A DNA stretch of 64,000 nt from Felis catus (taxonomy: Eukaryota). The position numbers and the translations under genes are program-made. The stretch spans positions 116,190,001 to 116,254,000 of the forward strand of contig NC_058373.1 in assembly GCF_018350175.1 (NCBI RefSeq). Direction: 5' to 3'. Shown here piece by piece: positions 1 through 13,330 of the stretch (position 1 is its first letter; each line of letters begins with the position of its first letter). Under the pieces are notes generated by a model. That model did not search any database and was not told where the DNA came from. It was given only the letters and a program-made list of their open reading frames with translations.

Positions 1-656
1 TGCAATGAGTCCGCCACATTGAATTTCCCAGAATTCTTCAATTCTGCTTGGATTTCTTGATGTGGGGCTAGGACAGACTTAGAAAGTAGATGACTGAATT
101 GAAACACAGGTTGATCGCACACCCCATAATATTTCCACTACTGGCCACCACTTCCCACCAAGAAATGTTCTTGCCAGAAGAGCCAGACGTCCAGCCTCCA
201 GAGGTGACAACTCTCGTTTTCTGCGTAACGACAGGCAGGTGTTCCAGATGACACTGACGGCTACCAATCAGGTGAGCTCTTCAGGGAATCACCCAGCGAG
301 ATCACTTGGTCCAACAGGTCCCACCAGCATTACGCTACTGTGGCTGAAACAGAAAGGTAAGCAAGACCTTTAATATGGAACAAACACATCAGACATCCGT
401 TGAGATAGAAGAATCCTTAAATGTGAAAGATGGGAAATAATGCATGTGCCTATTGTTTCTAATTCAGGGATTACCAGCATCGGGGGAGTTTTACGATATC
501 TTATACACTTCCCCTTTCCTTTCATTGCCCTGCCCTAAAAGTGTTGTGTGTGAGCTTAAGAATAGTGGATTGGGATTTTGAGATCTATCAGAAGATCCCC
601 TCAAGATGACACAAAACCTCCTCACATGGAGTTGATATTTTAAAAAACCCAGTAGC

Positions 657-790
657 GGGGCACCTGGCTGGTTCAGTTGGAAGATCATGCAACTCTTGAT
701 CTCAGAGTCGTGGCTTCGAGCACCATTGGGTGTAAAGGTTACTTAAATAAATGAATAAATAAAAATTTTTTAAAAAGTTAAAAAAAAAAT
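657..790 (+). mobile_element. Short tRNA-derived CAN-SINE
   Basis: ggggcacctggctggttcag...ttcgagc head, aataaa and A-rich tail. Confidence 0.75.
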
Positions 791-1125
791 CTTGAGATTT
801 CCAAGAAGGATGAGGTGCTTTACTTTTTAGCTCTGTACCCAGATATTGATTGGTGTTTTATAATTATATAATGTAGGATTCACCTCCCCTGCTTTGACAT
901 TTATTTTCCCGATATGATATAAAATGGTATGTAGCATATAACTAAAAAGAGATTCAGGGAAGGATTCTAAGGCACTTCCTTTCTCTTCCAAATTATCCTA
1001 ACCTTCATTCCATAGTTTTTCTAAGCTGGTGATAATGCCTTTGAATGTTGAAGAGTTACCAGGTGAAACCTAAGACAGGTGAAATCTTTAACTGAAAAGT
1101 CATTGCCTTCTGTGATGCTTTATTT

Positions 1126-1360
1126 TTTCTTTTTAAAAAAATTTTTTTTTAAAAATCTTTATTTATTTTTGACAGAGAGAGAGACAGAGTGCAAGTGGGG
1201 GAGGGTCAGAGAGAGAGGGAGACCCAGAATTAGGAGTAGGCTCCAGGCTCTGAGGTGTCAGCACAGAGCCTGATCGATGTGGGGCTCGAACTCACGAACC
1301 ACAAGATCATGACCTAAGCTGAAGTCTGACGCTTAACCAACTGAGTCACTCAGGCGCCCC
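1126..1360 (-). mobile_element. CAN-SINE (SINEC_Fc-like)
   Basis: Antisense SINE head, (GA)n and T tail; atgctttattttt target-site duplication. Confidence 0.9.
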
Positions 1361-1389
1361 TGTAATGCTTTATTTTTTCAACTTACATG

Positions 1390-2100
1390 GATTGTCAATT
1401 GATCATAACAGCTTTCTGCTGGGCATTGTGGGACAGGCTGAGAAGTGCCTTGCCCTCAAGGAATGTACAATTTGGTTGGAGGGATACACAGTAGCACACA
1501 GTTGAGCGTTACATGAATGGAACAAAGGAGTGCTTTAGGCTATTCAAAAAATAGATGAATGGATTTGAAGTTAGTCACAGCAGACTTTAGTAGGCAGGTG
1601 GAGGAATAAGTTTTTCTAGGTAAGGCGAATGGTCTCAGTAAAAGCATAGAGGCAGGAATTAATAAACGGACGGGCGTGTAGATTAAATTAAATAAATGGA
1701 TATACTGAAAGGGTTTACGATTGGGAGTAGTGGGAGCTACGTTAGAGAGGATAGTGGGATTCCGTTGTGGGGGACCTTGAAGGCCTGGCCAAGGAGTATA
1801 CCTTTAGTACTGGAGGCACCAGGAGGGAATTGAAAGCTTCTGAGAAAAGGAGGGGCACAGAAAAAGTGGATTAGGGGCGTTGATTTGTTGGTGGAAGGTA
1901 GAATGATTTTGAAGAGAGATTGGAGGTGAGAGAGGCTGTTTGGTACGAGTTGATGAGGGTACCCACCAGGATGGTTAGATCGACCTTGCGAAGGAAGGGT
2001 GAGGCAGGAGACTAGACCACGGGGAAGGGTATGTGAGGTTTCAGGTTGGAGCTAGTTGGAAAATACCGGTTTCATGAAGAGAAACACATCAGAAGAAGGG
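1390..2100 (-). mobile_element. Old L2 LINE fragment
   Basis: tgccctcaaggaatgtacaat and purine-rich L2-like motifs; degenerate. Confidence 0.5.
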
Positions 2101-3754
2101 CTGGTTTGGGTTGAGGGAGAAAACATGGATACCTGCTACATTCAGGTTGCTGGCGGGACACTTGGGCGATAACGTCCAAGGTATGTAATTGTTGCTGCAT
2201 AAACGGACCAGAGCTGCGGTTTGTTTGCCTCTGCTCCGAGGCGGGCTCGCGTGGGGGTTATTAGAAGGTTTTGCACACTCAGCTTTGTTCCTGTCAGGCA
2301 GGAGAGGAGCACACGCTGGCAGAGCATCCCCAGTCCTCAAGGGGCCCATGAAGTCAGGAAGTATAATTTTAATAGAATTAGCTGAAAGATGAGCAGAAGT
2401 CAGGTGGTGGTTTGGTAGTATGTCACTGCCGCTAACTTTGACATGCTAAGTGTATCATTGTTAATAGCTTTTGTGCAGGGCTCAGAGGACTAACACTTAG
2501 CAAATTAGATTCCTCAGTTTTTGTCCTGCTCTTATAATTTAGGGCATATTACCTTGGGCAAACCATTTAACCTCTCTGTGCCTTGGCTCCCTGTCCATAA
2601 AATTGAAAGCTCATTGTGGCAGCATTCGCAAACATGTTGAAAGCTACAGATGAAAAGCATTGTAGGGTTCTGTCCTTCCACCCCCACTCCAAAGACTGAG
2701 TCAGTCTTTCAAAAAGGTCATCCATTTCATTGAATTCTTTCAATGGCTAACTTAGCTAATAAGCATTTTTCTAAAAGGCGTTTGCCAGTCCAGGGCTGAA
2801 AAATGTAGTCTATACTAACTGCCTTCCCTGCCTTCTGGGCCTGCTTGTTCTGCTGGCCCCCTTTCACTCAGTGGCTGGTTGTCAGTCGATTCTCATCTCT
2901 AGGCTCCTGGATCAATCCCAGCCGTATTGGAAGGGAATGAGAGCTCTGTATTAACATTCTGGGACCTCAGTACAAGGCAACCGTGATCAATGTGAAATTC
3001 AGTCTCAGTTCTAGGTATTAAGTTCCTGCTTTGTTTTTACGTCTCCCTTTGCCACATCTAGCCTTTGGATACCTGTCTTATCACCCTGAGCCCAAGTCCT
3101 TGCCCTGCAAGCTTGTCTAGTACATTATCTCAAAGCCCTGAATTCTATTTGTTTTCATCAATTCCTTATAAGGAGAGGAATCCAGACCTGGAAGACAGCA
3201 CTGAAGCTGGGGCTTTGCTACAAGCAACATATTTTCTTAACGCCTGCCACAATTTCCCCATTTTTGTCTGCTCCTGGATTTCCCAAGGTTGTGTTCCAGC
3301 TGCCCACTGGCTTACAACACTTGCATTCTCTGTGTTGAACCAGCGTCATGCTGGCTGCTGCCTGTGCCCTACCCTTCAGATACCGTCTTCCGGTTGCCTG
3401 CTCATCACGCCAGCTGGGTCTGCCTCCAATTCCACGATGTATCTAGGTCTGGTCTCCGCTTCTTCCAGTCTACCTCACCCTTATTACAGTTAATCCTTTT
3501 ACATTAAACGAAAGCAGATATTCGCTGGTGTGGAAACTGACGTGGTACTGGAATTTTATCCTTGTTTACATCTTTGTTTGTGTTGGAAGTGCTTGGGATC
3601 ACTTCCAAAACCTGCTCAGAGAGCTTTCCTGTCTCTTTTAGGAGAAACAAATGAACAGTTGACAATACCTTATGTCTAAAACCAAGCCTCAAGACCACTA
3701 GTTTCATTGTCAAATTACGTTATTTAAACTTGATTGTGCTTTCAGACATAAACA

Positions 3755-3984
3755 TTTTTATGTTTATTTATTTTTGAGAAAGACAGAGAGAGAGAGACTG
3801 AGACTGGGAGCGGGAGTGGGAGGGAGGGGTGTTGCAGAAAGAGAGAGGGAGAGAGAATCCCAAGCAGGCTCTGTGCTGTCCACATAGAGCCCAATGCAGG
3901 TCTTGAACCCACGAGCTGTGAGATCAGGACCTGAGCCAAAACCAAGAGTTGGACACTTAACTGACTGAGCCACCTGGGTGCCCC
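3755..3984 (-). mobile_element. CAN-SINE
   Basis: Typical consensus; cagacata TSD. Confidence 0.9.
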
Positions 3985-4121
3985 CAGACATACTAATATA
4001 TGTTAAAGTATATTTTGGCCAGTGTTCATTTGTGTCTCACAATATGAAGGCATCTTATTGGAACTTGATGGCTTTGTGCTCACAAGGAAATAAACAAATC
4101 AAGGCTGGGGACAGTGTTCTA

Positions 4122-4518
4122 CAATGGTAGTTTCAACCTCTAAGGTACATTGTAATCTCTTGGAGGGCTTGTTAAAACAGATTGTTGTGGGACGGGCCAG
4201 AGTGGCTCGGTCACACGGGCCAGAGTGGCTCGGTCACTTAAGCTTCCAACCCTTGATCTCAGTTCAGGTCACGACCTCATGGTTTGAGTTCGGGCCCCAC
4301 ACCAGGCTCTGCCATGATGGCGCGGGGACCTGCTTAAGATTGTCTCTCCTTCTCTCTGTCCCTCTCCCACCTGTGCTCTCTCTCTGAAAATAAACAAACA
4401 GATTGCTAGGTCCCACACCCAGAGTTTCTCTGGAGCGATGCCTGAGACTTTGCATTTCTAACAAAGTTCTCAGGTGTGGTGACACAACTGGTCCTGAGAA
4501 TACACTTGAGAACCATTG
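4122..4518. mobile_element. MER5A-like hAT-Charlie MITE with a nested + strand CAN-SINE (about 4190-4400)
   Basis: cagattgct...cccagagtttct, tttgcatttctaacaagtt and gagaaccattg motifs; SINE flanked by aaacagattg TSD (4175-4184, 4396-4405). Confidence 0.75.
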
Positions 4519-5807
4519 GTCATATGTTTAAACTGGCCACAGGTAACCAAAAGCCGCCTAGCAGTACTGATCAGTTCAAATTCTTGTCTGAATGGATGAG
4601 GTGGAGTGCTGAGAAATAAACTTCTACATTAAATTTCAGTTGCAGCAGTTAGAATGACTGCTGGTTTCAGAGGTCTTCTCAAACCACCATTACTTACGAG
4701 GACACAGTTTTTTCACACTTCAGTTTCCTTATGCATAAAATAAGGATAGCGTCTGTGCTGTCCTTCCCCTAGCGTTGTGCAGGTCAGATGAAATGGGAAT
4801 GAACATATTTGAACCGTAAAGTGGTATGGCCCCCGGAGGTATTGCAATGGTTTTTCAATACTTTTCTTAAAATAGCACTAGTTTCTTTTGGCTCTCTTGC
4901 ATTTCTGATTAATTCCAGCAGCTTTAATGCAGGCATATAGAGTACTTTTATTGCTATAATAATTAAACTCAAACTTCAAACTTAAAAAATTTCATTCAAT
5001 GAGATCAGAAATACCTTACAAACGTTCCAAAGAGGCAAGAATGATTCCCAGTCTCTACAGCAGTAAGAGAGCTATAAGACCCACAGTTTAGATTGGCCTA
5101 TTAATAAAAATGGCTACAAGTTACAGCACGTGAAAATATAAAATCACCGTGTATAGAATGATAAACCTGTCTACCCTAGACTGTTACGTCTCTTGAAATT
5201 TCTATTAATTTATCTGTCTTTGTTAGTAGTAAATCCTCACAATCCTGGCGTGGCTGTTTTTCTCACCCGAGGGCCCCCAGCTCCCTCCAAGGGCCAACAC
5301 AGTTCTTGCTCAAATTGAGCGCGTTTGTGACTTTTCATTAGTCACCAGCTGTATTGAATTCTGCTTGGCCTTCAACTAAGCATCGCAGATATTAGCCTCA
5401 CTGTTCCCAGGTGTTAACTAAAATAAACATGATAAAACGTCAGCCAGGATGCTGACATGGTTCTAAAGACAAGGTTTGGGAGTATGACGGTCCCCGTTTG
5501 CCTGTCAAGGCACTTGGCAGGGTGGTTTGCCAGGGGCAGAAAGGAGTCTCCCAGAGCCCAGCACCACCCCAACTCCCCCCGCCCCGCCCCAGTCCCGGGC
5601 CCGGCCCGCGTCTGCGCGCGCTTCTCCCGGGCGCCGCCAGGAGGCGCCCGCCGCAGCCGAGGCGCTGCGCGCACCCGCGGAGAGCCGGCCCGGGGGGCGG
5701 AGGGAGAGGAGAGGAGGGGCTGGAGGGGGCGCGGCTTGCTCCCCGTCCCTCCCGGGCGCCGGGCCTCCCTCTCCGCCGGGCCCAGGGCTGGCGGCCGGCG
5801 GGGGTCG

Positions 5808-5828
5808 CGGCGGCGGCGGCGGCGGCGG
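5808..5828 (+). repeat. (CGG)7 trinucleotide repeat
   Basis: Read directly. Confidence 0.9.
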
Positions 5829-5881
5829 CGCTGACGGGCCGCGGGCACGGGGGCCTGGCTCCGGCTCCGGGTGTTAGGAGA

Positions 5882-5893
5882 CAAGATGGCGGC
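5882..5893 (+). promoter_or_regulatory. YY1 consensus motif CAAGATGGCGGC (overlaps an upstream ATG)
   Basis: Exact match to the extended YY1 motif typical of housekeeping CpG-island 5' ends. Confidence 0.7.
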
Positions 5894-6065
5894 GGCGCTG
5901 TGGAGGCTGGTCTCCTCCTCTTCTCCGCTCTCCTCCGCCCCGCCGCTCGCCGCCTCCTCGGTCTCCTCCTCCTTCTCGTTCGCTGCCTCCTCCTCCTCCT
6001 CCTGCAGCAGCCCTAGCGACCGCCGGAGCGCCGGCCCGCTCTCCCGGAGCTCCGGAGGGGGATAG
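5886..6065 (+). other. Candidate uORF, 59 aa (MAAALWRLVSSSS...SSGGG), in frame with PCNX1
   Basis: AAGATGG strong Kozak; TAG at 6063-6065; 270 nt upstream of the main ATG. Whether it is transcribed depends on the TSS, which I cannot place. Confidence 0.5.
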
Positions 6066-6506
<441 letters not shown>

Positions 6507-8844
6507 TAGTGCTCCCCTCCCCCACCCGGCCCCCCCTCTCTGCTCTTTAGGGTGTCCCCTACGTCGGTGATGACAGGAGGGACGGAGCAGGAGCAGCAGC
6601 CCCTACCTGCGCCCCCGTGTGCCCCACCCTTTTACGGGGAAGTAGTAGCCTCCGGGGCCCCTTCTCAGGGGTCCTGAACCTGTAGCCCCTCCAGCCCGTT
6701 GCACCCGGGGAGGAAAGCCCGACTGGGGCTCCCTGCCCTCCGCGTTTTGTGGCAGGCGCCGAGCACTGTGCTCCTGAGGGACGCCGCATTCATCCTTGGC
6801 ACGCGTGCTTATTTGCGCTCCGTTCCGCGGGCGCCCGGGCACCCCTTGGGCACTCCCTTCACCCGAGGCGGTTCTCTCTCCGCGCTCCACCTCGCCTCGA
6901 ATCCGCGTGCGGGGCCCTCGGCGCGGGGGAGGAGTGCGTGCCGCTCGGTGGGGAATGTAATTGCGGGGCGGCCGGGCTCTAACTCGCGACTAGGTGGTGT
7001 TTGAAAACCAGGCTCCTGACCTTCCTGCCTCCAAAAATCATTGTTTGTGCTGGTTCTTTTCGGTTCAGCTCTGTGGTCAGCGGCTGCTGTGTTTCCAGGC
7101 CAGCTTTGGGGGGGGAGGGAGCGGGGGAGATACGGGGAATCTGGCTGGCATTTCAGATTTGTTTGGATTGGTTCAAGGCCGTTTACTGATAGGAAAAAGG
7201 AAGTGCTGCCTGTTGCTGAATTCAGTACGATCAGCCTCTCCGAACGATCTGGGCTTGTTTTTACGCTGTCTTTTCGCTGAAAGTTGTACGCCTGTTTTGT
7301 TTTGTTTTGTTTTGTTTGTTTGTGTTTTTAAACACATTAGGTTAGGGTGGGGCGTTAGGGTGACTAATGTGGAAGAGAGATGATACTTAAACTTCAGTTA
7401 ATGTTTTTAAGCTTCGGTTAAATTTTTAAAGTAACCGGAAGGGAGGAAAGGATGATAACTTTTTTGTTTTAGGAGCGTTCCTTTTAATGTATTTCTGTTA
7501 ACTTTGTGGTTCTTTATGGAGCTATATAGTAAAGGCGCTGGATTGGAAAATCTGGGAGTATGCCTGAGAAGTGCTGTAGAGAGTGAGAACACCCGATCCT
7601 TTCCTAAGTGAAGCTCCTTTTCACTGATTGGCAGGAAAGTGCCTGCTTGGGGGAAGACGTGCGAAATTTTACATTCCCAAGCAGATTTTAGTTTTACATC
7701 AAAATTGTTTTGAAGGGACTTCTTGCTGCAGATAAAAAGGACATTTAAAAAAATGCTGATGACTTCTTATTATTTTTTTTTTAGGGGACTTGTTCAGTCT
7801 TGTCCCATTCTGAAAATTTGTCGTGAAGTGTTATAATTTTCAATTAATTCTGCCCTAGGGGCTTCTATTTGCACTGCTCTACCTTCCAGGAATATGACAT
7901 CATTAACGAACAGGTTAATTACTTTGGGTATAAGAATCCTCAGGCTGTCACAGAGCTTTCATGGCAGATTTCTCTTACATCCAAGAGAATTGTGAACTTA
8001 AAACTGAAACTGGTACTTCAGATGTAAGGATTAGTTGCTGTGTTGCAGTGTAAGGTTTCCGTGTGAGCACGTGAGCTGTGTTAGGGGCTGAGTCGCTGTG
8101 TAATCAGCAAACATTACTAAAGGAAATTAGCATAAATAGAGAGCAATACATTGAGTTTACTGTTTCATTTTGGGAGTTTATTCAGTTGAATTTAATTCAC
8201 AAATATTTGAGCGTCTACTATGTCCTGGGCAATTTGCTAGATTCTGGGAAAACTGCTTCTCTGACTTTCTTGTCTTATTTAATGGTAATTCTGCTCTTCC
8301 TCATCTTTTAAAATCTCTCCTTGATTCATCTTTCTTTTCACATCCAGTTCATCGAATTTTGTGAGTTCTGTTTTGAAAACCTAAAATCCAGCTAGTCCTC
8401 ATCATCGCCTACCTGGTTCAAGCCACCATTTATGGCTCCTCTGGATAATTCCAGGATTCTAATGAGGTTCACTGCTTCTGTGTTCTCTATTCTTGTTACA
8501 GGAGTCTGAGTGATTCTTCGAAACATAAATCAGATCATGGCACTCTTCTTCCCTCAGAGCCTGCCCTCTGTTATACTCCATCACTTTGCCTTCTTAGAAT
8601 TTTCCCAACATAACAACTATGTTCCTGCCTCAGGGCTTTTGCACTTGCTCTTCTCCCTCTCTCTCTGGATGACTCCTGAAGATATCTGTGTGACTTGCTC
8701 CACCTGTTCAGATTTCAGTTATATGTGAGGCTTTCCCTGATAACCAATGTAACATAGCAACCGAGTAGCTCCTACAGTATTTCTAGTCCTCCTTTTCTCC
8801 TTTATTTAATAATGTTTATTACTAATTGATATATATTAGTATCT

Positions 8845-8871
8845 CTTTTTTTAGTGTTATTTATATATTTT

Positions 8872-8918
<47 letters not shown>

Positions 8919-9086
8919 ATGTATGTCAGCAGGGAAAAGGCAGAGAGAGGGAGAGAGAATCCCAAGCAGGCTCCTTGCTGTTAGCCCAGAGCCCGACATG
9001 GGGCTGGATCTCAACGATGATGAGATTGTGACCTGAGCCGAAATCAAGAGTCGGCCACTTAACCAACTGAGCCACCCAGGGGCCCC
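8845..9086 (-). mobile_element. CAN-SINE with long (GA)n tract, inserted in an L2 remnant
   Basis: SINE consensus; tatatta...t TSD-like flanks. Confidence 0.85.
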
Positions 9087-9489
9087 TATATTAATATTTC
9101 TTTATCTCTTTGGAGTATATGGTCTGAGGAGGGCAGAGACTATTTTGTTCACTGCTTTGTTGTCAGGACCTAGATCAGTGCAAGACACGTAATAACTGCT
9201 CAGGTGTCGAATGATTAGAAATGAACAAGACACAGCTTCTGCCTTCAAGGAACTTAAAGTCTAGCTTGGGGATAATGAACAGTTGACAAACGTTAGAACT
9301 GTTGTGAAAAGGTAAGTACAGAGTGGCCCTGAGTTTCGAGTCAGGCAATTGATTCTTGTCTAGGGGCAGTCAGCAAAGAGGATTTGCCAGCATTTGAAGA
9401 AACATTACTAGTTGTATAGTATTGAGATAGATGGAAGTATATACTTGAAGCAAAATTCAACATTTCACGTAAAAATAAAATCTCTTACG

Positions 9490-10006
9490 GGGGCGCCTGG
9501 GTGGCTCAGTCACTTAAGTGTCGGGCTTTGGCTCTGGTCATGATCTCACGGTCCATGGGTTTGAGCCTCGTGTCAGGCTCTGTGCTGACAGCTTGGAGCC
9601 TGGAGCCTGCTTCGGATTCTGTATCTCCTTCTCTCTCTGCCCCTTCCCCCATTTATGCTCAGTCTCTCTTTCAAAAATAAATAAACATGAAAAAAAAAAA
9701 GAATGGAAAAACATAAAATCTCTAACAGTTATAGATTATTATGTGTATGTTCTCCCAATAATAACTATAAATGATAGTGACTTTTAAGTGTATAGGTTCT
9801 TTTTTTTATATAAAAATTTTTAATGCTTATTTTTGACAGAGCATGAGTGGGGGAGGGGCAGAGAGAGAGGGAGATACAGAATCTGAAGTAGGCTCAAGGC
9901 CCCAGGTGTTAGCACAGAGCCTGACATGGGCTTGAACTCACAGACTGCGAGATCATGACCTGAGCTGAAGTCACACGCTCAACCGACTGAGCCACCCAGG
10001 CACCCC
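9490..10006. mobile_element. Tail-to-tail CAN-SINE pair (+ 9490-9700; - 9800-10006)
   Basis: Two full SINEs in opposite orientation; second has an aagtg/atataggttcttt TSD. Confidence 0.88.
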
Positions 10007-10441
10007 AAGTATATAGGTTCTTTATCCCAAACACTGTGTTCTCATTTAACTGATGAGGACACTTGAGGTTAGTCATGGATGACCTGTTTTGTGACCTGTT
10101 TTGTGACCTTTTAATCTAGCAATTAAAGGGCTAGATTTATACAGGGCCTTTGTAGCCATTGTATAGGTAGCTTTTTTTTTTTTTTCCTTTAAATTAAAGG
10201 CCCAAAGTCTATGAAGAGGTAGGTAGTAGGTTAAGTTAGGTAGAGTCTTAGTGCTTTTTGTATAGGAGTAAAACACTTTTGCTATTAGTAGCTTTTGTGG
10301 ATGCTTTGAAAGGTAAGAGTTTATAGCTTCTGCAATTATAAAACTTTTCAGTAGTGAAAATGAAGAAGTAATTTTTTCCTTCTTACTTTCATTGTCCTTT
10401 CTTTTCCTCTTAAGGCACTCACCCCACTTTGTCTTGTTATA

Positions 10442-10756
10442 CATTTGACCCTTGAACAACATGGGAGTTAAAGCCATCAACCCCTACTCCGTGGAAAATC
10501 CACGTATATCTTTTGACTCCCCCCAAACTTGCCTGCTAATAGCCTACTGTTGACCTTAAGCCCTACTGGTTATATAAACAGTCAAGTAACGTATTTTGTA
10601 TGCTATATGTATTATATACTGTGTTATAAAGTAAGCTAGAGAAAAAATGTTAAGAAAACCATGAGAAAATATTTACAGTACTGCACTGTATTTATCAAGA
10701 AAAGTCCACATATTAGTGGACTCATGTACTTCAAACCCTTGTTCAAGGGTCAACTG
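10442..10756. mobile_element. Tigger2-derived MITE (Tigger2a_Car/MER8-like, TcMar)
   Basis: TIRs ca(t)ttgacccttgaacaa / ttgttcaagggtcaactg with TA on both sides. Confidence 0.85.
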
Positions 10757-11339
10757 TAACCATTTTTGCACATGACATGTGACAGATGGTGAATGTTATA
10801 GTCATGAGCTTTGTGGCATTTTTGTGTGGTGGAAAGCAGATTGGAATTGGTGTTATCTTGGTTTGTGAATTTTGGCTCTTCTTGATTGTGTGTCCTTTGG
10901 GAGAGACCCTACCTTTCTGGACCTTGATTTACTCGTGAGCCATTTCTTGTGTATTTTGTAAGGAAATATTTAGGAAATGAAATTATTCACTTTCAGAGTG
11001 GCCTTCAGTAAATGTCATTTGAAAGAATGGCTAATTAGAACAGTGTTTCCTCTATAATGTTGTATGTCTGGAGGAGATGAGATAACTCTCGATTAGTCAA
11101 ACCATTATTGCTCAACGTATTGTTTTCTTCTGTAAAGACTTATATCCCTAGGTGATGAACTATAACATTAGAACCTATTTACACAGGTGCTTCTCAGACT
11201 CCAGTTGTCACCAGAATCCCTTGAACGTGTTAAAGTGTGCATGTACTCGTCATTCTGATGCATAAGATCTGGAGTGTGGCCCATGTGTTTGTATTTTATG
11301 GACATCCAGGTCAGTTTAAAGAACTTGATCGATATGCCC

Positions 11340-12250
11340 CTAAGTCCCATCCCCTGACCTAAATCCAGCTGCCTACTCATCATATCCTTTTGGCTGTCTT
11401 ACAGGCATCTCGATGGTATCCTGTCTAAGTTGTTCTTGATTCCCTGCTAAACCTTCCCCTCACCGTCAGGACCAGACTTGTTTTCTTACTCTGTCAGCCT
11501 TGTTAATAGCACCATCGTGTGTGCAGTTGTTCATACGGTCTCCCTCCCCCTTGCCTTGTGAGCCAGTCTTACCAATTCTCTTGTCAGAAATCTCAGGCCT
11601 TCCTTTCCACTTCCTAGTTCGCCTGGTGTTTTGTTTTGTTTCCTTTTTTTTTTTTGGTCTGTACTACTACTTTAGCTTCTATTCTTTCTTTTACAACTCC
11701 TTCTCTACCAAGTAAAAGACTCTGTGTCATTCTCCCTTTCTAATATTCTTCACTGACTTTCTTTTACACCTAGAATCAAATCCGGCATTCTTACTAAGCC
11801 CTCCCTGAAACCAGTTCCACCTTTGTCTGCAGTTTGTGCCATAGTCACACTGGCCTTTCTGTTACTTCAACCTACTGAGCTCGTTCCTCATCCCGGGCCT
11901 TGGCACATGCTATGACTCCTGAAGGGATACTCTTCTCTCCTGCTCTTTGCAACAAAGCCTGCTGTTGCTTGGTCATCAGGACTTGGGCTTTAATATCATC
12001 TCCTCACAGAGGTCTGACCTGCTAACCATAAGCAGGTTCTCTCTCTTTTGAACATCATTGCATCCTGTAACTTTTTTTCACAGTTCTGTCCATAAACACA
12101 TATATTTATCTTTGTTTACTTATTTGCTATCTCTCATTCCCCTCCGTCCCTACCTTGTAAGCTGGGGTCACGTGACTTATTTGTCATTGTACATCCCGTG
12201 TCAGTTCTCATGTTTGGCTTATATTAAGCTTTGAATAAATATTTGTTGAA
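11340..12250 (+). mobile_element. L2 LINE 3' fragment
   Basis: tccagctgcctact, cttggcacatgct and aataaatatttgttgaa L2 tail motifs. Confidence 0.6.
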
Positions 12251-12711
12251 GGAATCTTTTATAATATATGTGAACCTTCTTTAGACTTATCAGCATAACT
12301 GGTAGAGAATTTGGAGGGATGGGAAATTACTGTGGTAGGTTGTATTATATGGTGGAGTTACAGCGTATGTGGGGGTTAGGTTCAGTGTTTGTGTGCATGA
12401 CAAAAATAAGATATAGAATTATTGAAAAACTAAATGCAGAATGACTGTTGAAAAACCTTTAAATCAAAGTGTAGCATATATAGTTTTTTTGTATGTGCAA
12501 CTTCACAAATATATATACGCATGATATATAGTAACATATACTGTAAAATCAATAGATTATATTCAGAAACTAAAATATTCACAACTTTTATGAAGGTTTT
12601 AATTTTTTTCTTCCAGGTGATTTTATTATATCTTCTATAGCTGATGTTTATCATCTACAGAATGATAAGTCCTTTATTAGTAAGGATTTCTCTGAGGGCT
12701 TCATGTCATTC

Positions 12712-13330
12712 TTTTTTTTTTTTTTTTTTAATTTTTTTAACGTTTATTTATTTTTGAGACAGAGAGAGACAGAGCATGAACGGGGGAGGGTCAGAGAGAG
12801 AGGGAGACACAGAATCTGAAACAGGCTCCAGGCTCTGAACGGTTAGCACAGAGCCTGACGCGGGGCTCGAACTCACAGACCGCGAGATCATGACCTGAGC
12901 CAAAGTCGGATGCTTAACCGACTGAGCCACCCAGGCGCCCCCATGTCATTTTCTTTAGCAAAGATTTAAAAATATTTTAGGGGCGCCTGGGTGGCTCAAT
13001 CAGTTGAGTGTTGGACTTCGGCTCAGGTCATAATCTCACAGTTCATGGGTTTGAGCCCCACTCAGGTTTTGCACTGACAGTAGGGAGCCTTCTTCAGATT
13101 ACTCCAAGCTGTAAAATCATTTGGTAATTGAAAAACTAGGAAGGTTTCTTCTATTTCGTTTCCTGCTTTCAAATGCATACATTTAACTAGGTAGTTTGCC
13201 TTTGCTAGCTGACTTTATTGAAAGTTAAATTTTTCAGATTCTTTGTTTCCCTCGCCCTCTGCCCCTCCCCCCTCCCCCATTTGAGGGCACATGCTCTCCT
13301 TTCTCTCTCAAAAATAAACATTAAAAAATA
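12712..13330. mobile_element. Head-to-head CAN-SINEs (- 12712-12941; + 12980-13330, the latter interrupted by a 140-bp insertion)
   Basis: SINE consensus; catgtcatt TSD around the first. Confidence 0.88.

Noticed and set aside
657..740. tRNA-like A/B boxes here and at 30694 and 41341
   Set aside because: tRNA-derived SINE heads with poly-A tails; no intact cloverleaf seen
3065..3493. 142-aa ORF (also 34280-34723, 147 aa; 10073-10480, 135 aa)
   Set aside because: Non-ATG starts, no recognisable protein features or exon context; partly repeat-derived
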